Source: Zygophlyctis sp. KS116 (taxonomy: Eukaryota; Fungi; Chytridiomycota). Taken from it: DNA of 8,940 bases. The translations under genes and the position numbers were made by a program. Shown piece by piece: positions 1 through 6,881 of the stretch; the stretch's first letter is position 1; each line of letters opens with the position of its first letter. The stretch is from contig BAAFSQ010000362.1 in NCBI GenBank assembly GCA_054661495.1, positions 1-8,940 on the forward strand, in the 5' to 3' direction. Below the pieces are notes generated by a model, which made no database searches, was not told the origin of the DNA, and saw only the letters and a program-made list of their open reading frames with translations.

Positions 1-60
1 AAAACATAATATTTTATTCAACGGGAAACTTTTAGTTCGCAAAATAGTGCCTTACCATTG

Positions 61-154
61 GACACTACCGCCCGCCATTACATCCTGTACACACAACCAC
101 CGGCACTTGCACGCAGACACCTGTACACACTACCACGCAGACAGACACAACCAC
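61..154. repeat. Degenerate C/A-rich direct-repeat tract upstream of the Brr2 ATG
   Basis: CCTGTACACACWACCAC at 84-100 and 120-136 (16/17 identical). CACGCAGACA at 110-119 and 134-143. ACACWACC at 62-69, 91-98, 127-134 and 145-152. Visibly more GC-rich than the flanks. Confidence 0.75.
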
Positions 155-185
155 TTGAGCAACAAGCCTAACGTATTATTCAAAA

Positions 186-3100
186 ATGTCAAAAAAGGAA
201 GACAAGAAGAGAATAGATTATTCCTATGTTGGAATGTCAAATCTAGTCTTACAGGCTGACAGATCTCTCATTCCAAAGAGAGAAAAAGACTTTTCAGGAG
301 AAGTTTCTTCACTTTGGGGAAAATTCAATCCAAAGGAATTTGGATCTCAAGCAAAATCTAGAGACTCTGGAATACCAAAATCTATTTCTAGTAAAAAAAA
401 ATCTGTTGAAAAGTTTGGTCATTCTTCTATTATTTCTGCTACACAAGACTATTTAGGAAATGTTTATGCTCCTCAGTCTAAAGAGACTAAACTCGCTTTT
501 GAAATGTTATTGGCTGTTATAGAACGGATTTTAGGAGATATTCCTTCTGATGTTGTTAGATCTGCTGTAGATGGAACTCTAGAAATTTTAAAAAAAGATA
601 CGGTTAAAGATTTAGATAAGAAGGAACAAGTACAGGAATTACTATCATCTCAGTTAAATAATGAGGAATTTTCAAATTTACTTGCATTGTCAAAGAAAAT
701 TACAGACTATCATGTAGCTACAGAAGAGGAAATGAAGGGTCCAGATGAACATGGTGTTGCAGTGTTATTTGATGAAGATGAGGAATCTGAAGATATGGAA
801 GAGGTTCAAGAAATTGAGGAATTTCAAGAATTTGAGGAAGAAGAAAAACAGCAAGTTTTAAAGTCTATAAATGCAAAAGAGCTTCTAGATCAAGGTATTT
901 TTTTTATAAAAAATTGAATTTTAGAATTAGAACAAGGACAAGATGATTTTACAACAGTTATTAAGCCAAAGGTTGAAAAGGAAAAGGAAGATGTGAAATT
1001 ATTACCAAGTATGGTTGATGCATTTTGGATTCAAAGGACAATTGGGAAATTATATGATGATCCACATTTGGCTCAAGCAAAGGCTAATACTTGTTTTGAA
1101 TTATTAGAATCTTCCAAAGAATTAAGACTAGTAGAAAATGATTTAATGGAATTATTTGATTATTCTCATTTTGATCTTGTAAAATTACTCACAAGTAATC
1201 GAACAATGATAACTTGGTGTACGAAATTGGCTCGTGTTAAAAATGATCAAGAAAAACAGGATATAATTAATCAAATGAAAGATTTTGGACTAGAAGAAAT
1301 TTTGATGGATTTAGATATTATTGCGAAAAAGCAAGTTGATACAATGGAAATTGATTCTGAGCTTCCAGACAAGGAAACTGTAGATGTTACTGCTCTACAG
1401 CCTCCTAAACACTCATTAGATTTGGAAGAGTTGGCTTTTGAACAAGGAGGGCATTTGATGTCAAACAAAAAGGTTAAACTACCACAAGGGTCTTACAAGA
1501 AAACTAAAAAAGGATATGAAGAGATTCACGTTCCAGCGCCCAAGCCAGTTATTGACGAAAAAGAAGTTCTTGTTCCTATAAGCTCACTTCCTTCTTGGGC
1601 TCAAAAAGCTTTTAAGAATGCGACCAAGTTGAATAGAATTCAATCAAAGGTTTTTGAAATGGCATTTAAAGAGGATGATAATTTATTATTATGTGCTCCC
1701 ACTGGAGCTGGAAAGTAAGTTTGTTATTTATTAATTACAGAACGAATTGTGCCATGTTAACTATCTTGAGAGAAGTCGGAAAGCATATTAATCATGAAAC
1801 TAATGTGGTTGATTTAGACAGCTTTAAAATTATATACATCGCCCCAATGAAGGCTTTGGTAGCTGAAATGGTTGGAAATTTTGGGAATAGACTTGCTCCA
1901 TATGGTATAAAGGTTTCTGAATTGACTGGAGATCGTCAGATGACCAAGGAACAGATAGCTGAAACCCAAATTATAATCACAACCCCTGAAAAATGGGATG
2001 TCATTACCAGAAAGGCGCACGATCGCTCATATACTCGCTTAGTAAGTTTGATTATTATAGATGAAATTCATCTTCTTCATGACGATCGTGGGCCTGTTTT
2101 AGAAAGTGTGATTTCAAGAACTATTAGGCAGGTACAGTCAACCCAAAATTTGGTTCGATTGGTTGGTTTAAGTGCTACCCTTCCAAACTATCAAGATGTT
2201 GCAACTTTCCTTAGAGTTGATCCTAACCGAGGTCTGTTCTTCTTTGACAACTCATATCGTCCTTGCCCTCTAAAGCAGCAATATATTGGCATTACGGAGA
2301 AAAAAGCTATCAAAAGAAATAATATGATGAATGAAATCACATATGAAAAAATAATGGAAGAAGCTGGAAAAAACCAGGTTCTTGTTTTTTGTCATTCAAG
2401 AAAGGATACTGCCAAGACTGCTAGGGCAATTAGAGATTTGGCAATTGAAAAAGAAACCATCTCGACAATTCTACGCACAGATGCTTCTTCGCGAGAAGTT
2501 CTTCAATCGGAAGCTGAAGGCGTGAAGAATAATGACTTGCAGGATCTTTTACCATATGGTTTTGCCATTCATCATGCTGGTATGACTCGGGTGGACCGAA
2601 CATTAGTCGAAGATTTATTTGCAGATGGACATATTCAGGTTTTGGTGTCTACTGCAACATTGGCCTGGGGAGTTAACCTTCCAGCTCATACAGTCATCAT
2701 AAAAGGAACACAGGTTTATAGCCCTGAAAAAGGTCGATGGATGGAACTGTCCCCGCAAGATGTTTTACAAATGCTTGGAAGAGCTGGAAGGCCTCAATTC
2801 GATACTCATGGAGAAGGTATCATTATCACAACCAACACCGAAATGCAATTTTATCTATCACTTCTTAATGTCCAGCTTCCAATTGAATCGCAATTTATTG
2901 CCAAGTTAGCCGATCATATGAATGCTGAAATAGTTTTAGGATCAATCCGTTCACGTCAAGATGCGGTAGACTGGCTTGGTTACACGTATTTATATGTTCG
3001 AATGTTACGCAATGGTGGATTGTATGGTGTGACTGTGGAAGACGCAGAAGAGGATTAGTATCCAGAAAAGAATTGATATTGTTCACGCAGACGCTAGTAT

Positions 3101-6100
3101 TTTAGATCGATGTAGCTTAATCAAATATGACAAATAAACTGGAAAATTCCAAGGTACTGAATTATCTAGGATCGCTTCACATTTCTATATCTCTCACAAA
3201 TCAATGGCTACCTACAACCAGCATCTTAAACCTTCAATGTCACAGATTGATCTTTTCCGTGTTTTTGCACTTTCAGATGAATTCAGATTTATACCTGTGC
3301 GAGAAGAGGAGAAGATAGAAATATCTAAAATGATTGAACGTGTTCCTATACCGGTTAAAGAGTCTGTTGACGAACCTACAGCTAAAATCAATATTTTACT
3401 ACAGTGTTATATTTCTCAACTAAAATTGGAAGGTTTTGCTTTAGTAGCAGATATGGTTTATGTTACTCAAAGTGCTGGGCGTATTCTTAGGGCGATATTT
3501 GAAATGTGTCTTAAACGTGGATGGGCCCAATCTACCTACAAGGCCCTAGATCTATGTAAAATGGTTGATAAAAATATGTGGCTATCCTTAAATCCACTTC
3601 GTCAAATAAAGGGATTCCCTATGGACGTGATTAAGAAGCTTGAAAGAAAAGAATTTCCCTGGGATAGATATTTTGATTTGTCTCCTCAAGAGCTTGGTGA
3701 ATTGGCGAATATGGCCAAGGCAGGACCTATGATTCATAAATATGTTCATCAGTTCCCTCGTATGCAGCTTCAGGCTCATGTTCAACCAATAACTCGCTCG
3801 CTACTCCGGATAGAGCTTACAATTACTCCAGACTTTGAGTTTGATGACCAAGTCTCAGCTAGTACTGAATCATTCTGGGTCATGGTCGAAGACGGTGATT
3901 CTGAAATGATCCTTTATCACGAAACATTTCAATTGAAAAAGAAATATTCTAAAGAAGATCACTATCTAACATTTACAGTACCAATGTTTGAACCATTGCC
4001 TCCAAATTATTTTGTTGCTGTTGTCTCAGATCGGTGGCTTCATTGTAGTTCCCGATTGCCAATTTCATTCAAGCACTTGATTCTACCAGAAAAATATCCC
4101 CCACACACTGAACTATTAGATCTCCAGCCACTACCGGTATCTGGATTAGAGCAGAATGAATTTGAAAAAATATACAATGATAAAATTAGCTTCTTCAATC
4201 CGATACATACCCAAACATTTCACACACTTTATAAATCGGATGAAAACACATTTATAGGAGCTTCCTATGGGTCTGACATTGTAATATCTTTCCTTCTAAC
4301 ATTTAGACTATATGTGCTGAATTTGCTTTAATGAGACTTTGGAAAAAAGATCTAAAAGCTCGTGCTGTTTATGTTGCTCCGTTTGATATAGTAGCTGAAA
4401 AAAGATTACAAGAATGGCAAGATAAATTTGGAATGTGCTTGGGAGGTAAAAATCTAGTCATGCTTACTGGTGAAACGGCGGCTGATTTGAAACTATTAGA
4501 AAGTGGTGATATAATATTTACCACGGCTGAGAAATGGGACATGTTATCGCGAAGATGGAAGCAGAGAAAAAATGTCCAAACAATTGGTTTATTTATAGTA
4601 GAAGATATGCACTTATTAGGCGGGGAAATAGGGCCTACACTTGAAGTTATAGTATCTAGAATGCGGTATATATCCGCCCAGACTGAAAACCATATTCGAA
4701 TAGTGGCGCTGAGCGTATCTCTTGCCAATTCAAGGGATATTGGTGAGTGGATTGGCGCAACAAGTCAAAGCATATACAATTTCAGCCCAAGCGTTAAGCC
4801 TATTCCTCTTGAAATACATATTCAAGGTTACAATATCCCTCATTTCGCATCACTGATGCTTGCGATGGGAAAACCGACTTATAATGCGATTTTTACACTT
4901 GCTGTGGATAAACCTTCCATAGTGTTTGTTCCCAATCGCAAGCAATGTCGATTGGTGGCAGTTGATCTTCTTTCTTATTGTTTTGCTGATGGTAATGAAA
5001 AAAGATTTCTGAAAGGTGAGGAAAACTTAATTCGGCCATTTATTGAGCAGGTTGAAGATCAAGGTTTGCTGCAATGTTTAGAGCTCGGTGTAGCCTTTTA
5101 TCATGAAGCTTTATCGAAAAATGACAAGCTTTTAGTAGAATCAATGTTCAAGAATGATCTGATCCAAGTCTTGATAGCAAGTAGAGATGTTTGCTGGGGT
5201 TTGAATATCAAATCATATTTAGTTGTTGTAATGGGTGCTCAGTATTATGAAGGAAAAGAACATCGCTATGTTGACTACCCTGTTACAGAAGTGTTGTGTA
5301 TGATGGGTGGTGCATCAAATGCCCAACCAGGTGAAACTGCAAGATGTGTTTTAATGTGTCAATCATATAAAAAGGATTTTTATAAGAAGTTCTTGTATGA
5401 AGCACTTCCTGTGGAGTCACATTTAGATCATTATCTTCACGATCATTTCAATGCCGAAATTGTGACAAAAACGATAGAAAATAAGCAAGACGCAGTTGAT
5501 TATCTTACTTGGTCATTTTTATACCGGAGGATGGCTTTAAATCCAAACTATTACGTAAGTCTATTAAATTCTGATCATTTTAGAATCTCCAGGGTGTATC
5601 ATATCAGCATCTATCGGATCATCTGTCAGAGTTAGTGGAACAGACTCTTGAAGATTTGGCTAATTCCAAATGTATTGCAATTGAGGAAGATGATGTATCT
5701 CCCCTGAACCTTGGAATGATTGCGGCATACTATTATATCAACTATGTAACCATTGAAGCCTTTTCTCTATCTTTAAGACAAAAAACAAAACTTCGAGGAC
5801 TTTTAGAGATAGTATCATCTGCTGCAGAGTTTGAAGAAATACCTATTAGACATCACGAAGATGGTTTACTTAAACGTATATATGATCGAGTACCAGTTAA
5901 AATTGAAAATGCCAATTTCAATGATCCACATCTCAAAACCGCAATTCTCTTGCAGGCACACTTTTCTCGTCTCACATTACCTGCTGATTTAGAATCTGAT
6001 CAAAAGCTCATTTTGGCCAAAGTCGTTAGACTGTTGCAAGCTTGTGTGGATGTTGTATCTTCAAATGGATGGCTACCACCTGCTTTATCCGCCATGGAGT

Positions 6101-6705
6101 TATGTCAAATGTCTATCCAAGCTCTTTGGGATAGAGATTCACCTTTAAAACAAATCCCACATATATCTGATGAAACGATCCAACAGCTTAATGCAGAGGG
6201 AGTTGAAGGGATCTTTGATTTAATGGAACTAGAGGATAGTAAAAGAAATTCAATTTTATCTTTGGAAAAGGCAAAATTAGCAGATGTCGCCAGATTTGTT
6301 AATCAATATCCAAATATCGATGTTCAGTTTGAAATGGATTCAGAAAATGTAGAGGCGGGTGATGTAGTAACTGTAGTTATCTCTCTTGAGCGTGAAGGAG
6401 AAGAAGATGAATCTGAAGGCCCTGTCATTGCACCATTTTATCCGTTTAAAAAGGATGAAGGCTGGTGGCTAGTGATTGGAAATCCAGCAGATAAAACACT
6501 ATTAGCAATTAAAAGAACATCATTTGGAGTCAAAACTACTACAAAATTAGAGTTTAATGCTCCAAATACTGTTGGACCATTAGTTTGTAAAATGTATCTC
6601 ATGTCTGATAGTTACTTGGGAGTTGATCAAGAATTTGATTTATGCCTGAATATCACTGAAGCTCAAGATGAATCTCAAGAAGAAGATGCAATGGAACAAG
6701 ATTGA
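186..6705 (+). CDS. BRR2: U5 snRNP 200-kDa Ski2-like RNA helicase Brr2/SNRNP200; exons 186-894, 925-1714, 1741-4280, 4307-5554, 5584-6705; frameshift near 3056-3059 and in-frame TAA at 3135-3137 in this sequence
   Basis: Brr2-type N-terminus [12 protein letters not shown], a PWI-like region (DAFWIQR) and GGHLMSNK. The N-terminal cassette has intact motifs: LNRIQ, APTGAGKT (after splicing), [33 protein letters not shown], followed by a Sec63 unit. A second, degenerate helicase cassette and second Sec63 unit ([18 protein letters not shown]) end at TGA 6703-6705. Exons sum to 6409 nt (3n+1, reflecting the frameshift). Confidence 0.96.
895..924 (+). other. Spliceosomal intron 1 of Brr2 (30 nt, phase 1)
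   Basis: GTATTT...TTTTAG, very AT-rich. Removal deletes in-frame TGA 915-917 and joins two ORFs in the same frame. An alternative in-frame acceptor lies at 930. Confidence 0.85.
1715..1740 (+). other. Spliceosomal intron 2 of Brr2 (26 nt, phase 2)
   Basis: GTAAGT...TTAATTACAG. Removal restores Walker A APTGAGKTNCAML. Confidence 0.96.
4281..4306 (+). other. Spliceosomal intron 3 of Brr2 (26 nt, phase 0)
   Basis: GTAATA...CTAACATTTAG with a CTAAC branch motif. Removal gives ...[16 protein letters not shown], matching the conserved TICAEFA. Confidence 0.93.
5555..5583 (+). other. Spliceosomal intron 4 of Brr2 (29 nt, phase 0)
   Basis: GTAAGT...CTGATCATTTTAG. Removal restores conserved [27 protein letters not shown]. 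Confidence 0.96.
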
Positions 6706-6756
6706 TTTTAAATTTTATAGAAATATATGATTTACAATAATTGTATTTTTGAAGAG

Positions 6757-6823
6757 AATCGTCGATTGTATGAACATAGGCTTGTAGAAAGCGTATTAAG
6801 CCTGTGGTATATGATCTGCGATT
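6757..6823 (+). other. Long imperfect stem-loop (25 bp) in the intergenic spacer; putative structured RNA element
   Basis: Paired by hand: 6757-6762 with 6818-6823, 6764-6772 with 6808-6816, 6775-6784 with 6797-6806. This gives 19 Watson-Crick and 6 G.U pairs with a 12-nt loop. Confidence 0.65.
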
Positions 6824-6881
6824 GAGCAAAGCGTTGGCTTCTGCCGTTAAGGTTTGATGATAGACATCGGGTAGATATATT

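Noticed and set aside
10-170. tRNA-like fragments on the - strand (A-box-like TTGCTCAAGTGG, D-arm-like GTGTCCAATGGTAAGGCAC) or a CRISPR-like array
   Set aside because: No complete cloverleaf or GTTCRA T-loop. The repeats are irregular, lack unique spacers and sit in a eukaryotic context.
47-259. His/Thr-rich 70-aa ORF
   Set aside because: GTG start in a eukaryote. The composition simply reflects the C/A-rich repeat, and it overlaps Brr2 out of frame.
3056-3137. Alternative genetic code (TAA/TAG read as Gln, as in some ciliates and aphelids)
   Set aside because: Thousands of codons elsewhere use only CAA/CAG for Gln with no exonic TAR. The TAA aligns to Lys, and readthrough would not repair the frameshift.
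3022-3153. Hypothetical GT-AG introns 3022-3058 (37 nt) and 3112-3153 (42 nt) that would bypass the frameshift and stop
   Set aside because: They would delete conserved coding motifs (LYG...D and LIKYDKxTGKFQ), look like coding sequence, and fall outside the 24-30 nt range of the supported introns.
4329-5637. TAATG (4329-4333) and TAGTG (5633-5637) stop/start overlaps resembling a translationally coupled prokaryotic operon or split helicase
   Set aside because: These are by-products of reading through introns 3 and 4. Splicing yields a continuous Brr2.
162-6785. Inverted 9-mer ACAAGCCTA (162-170) / TAGGCTTGT (6777-6785) flanking Brr2
   Set aside because: Too short to exceed chance, with no target-site duplication or transposase.
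6770-6814. SECIS-like look of the hairpin (ATGA 6770-6773, apical AAA 6788-6790)
   Set aside because: The 3' side lacks GA in register for the tandem G.A core, and spliced Brr2 has no internal TGA.
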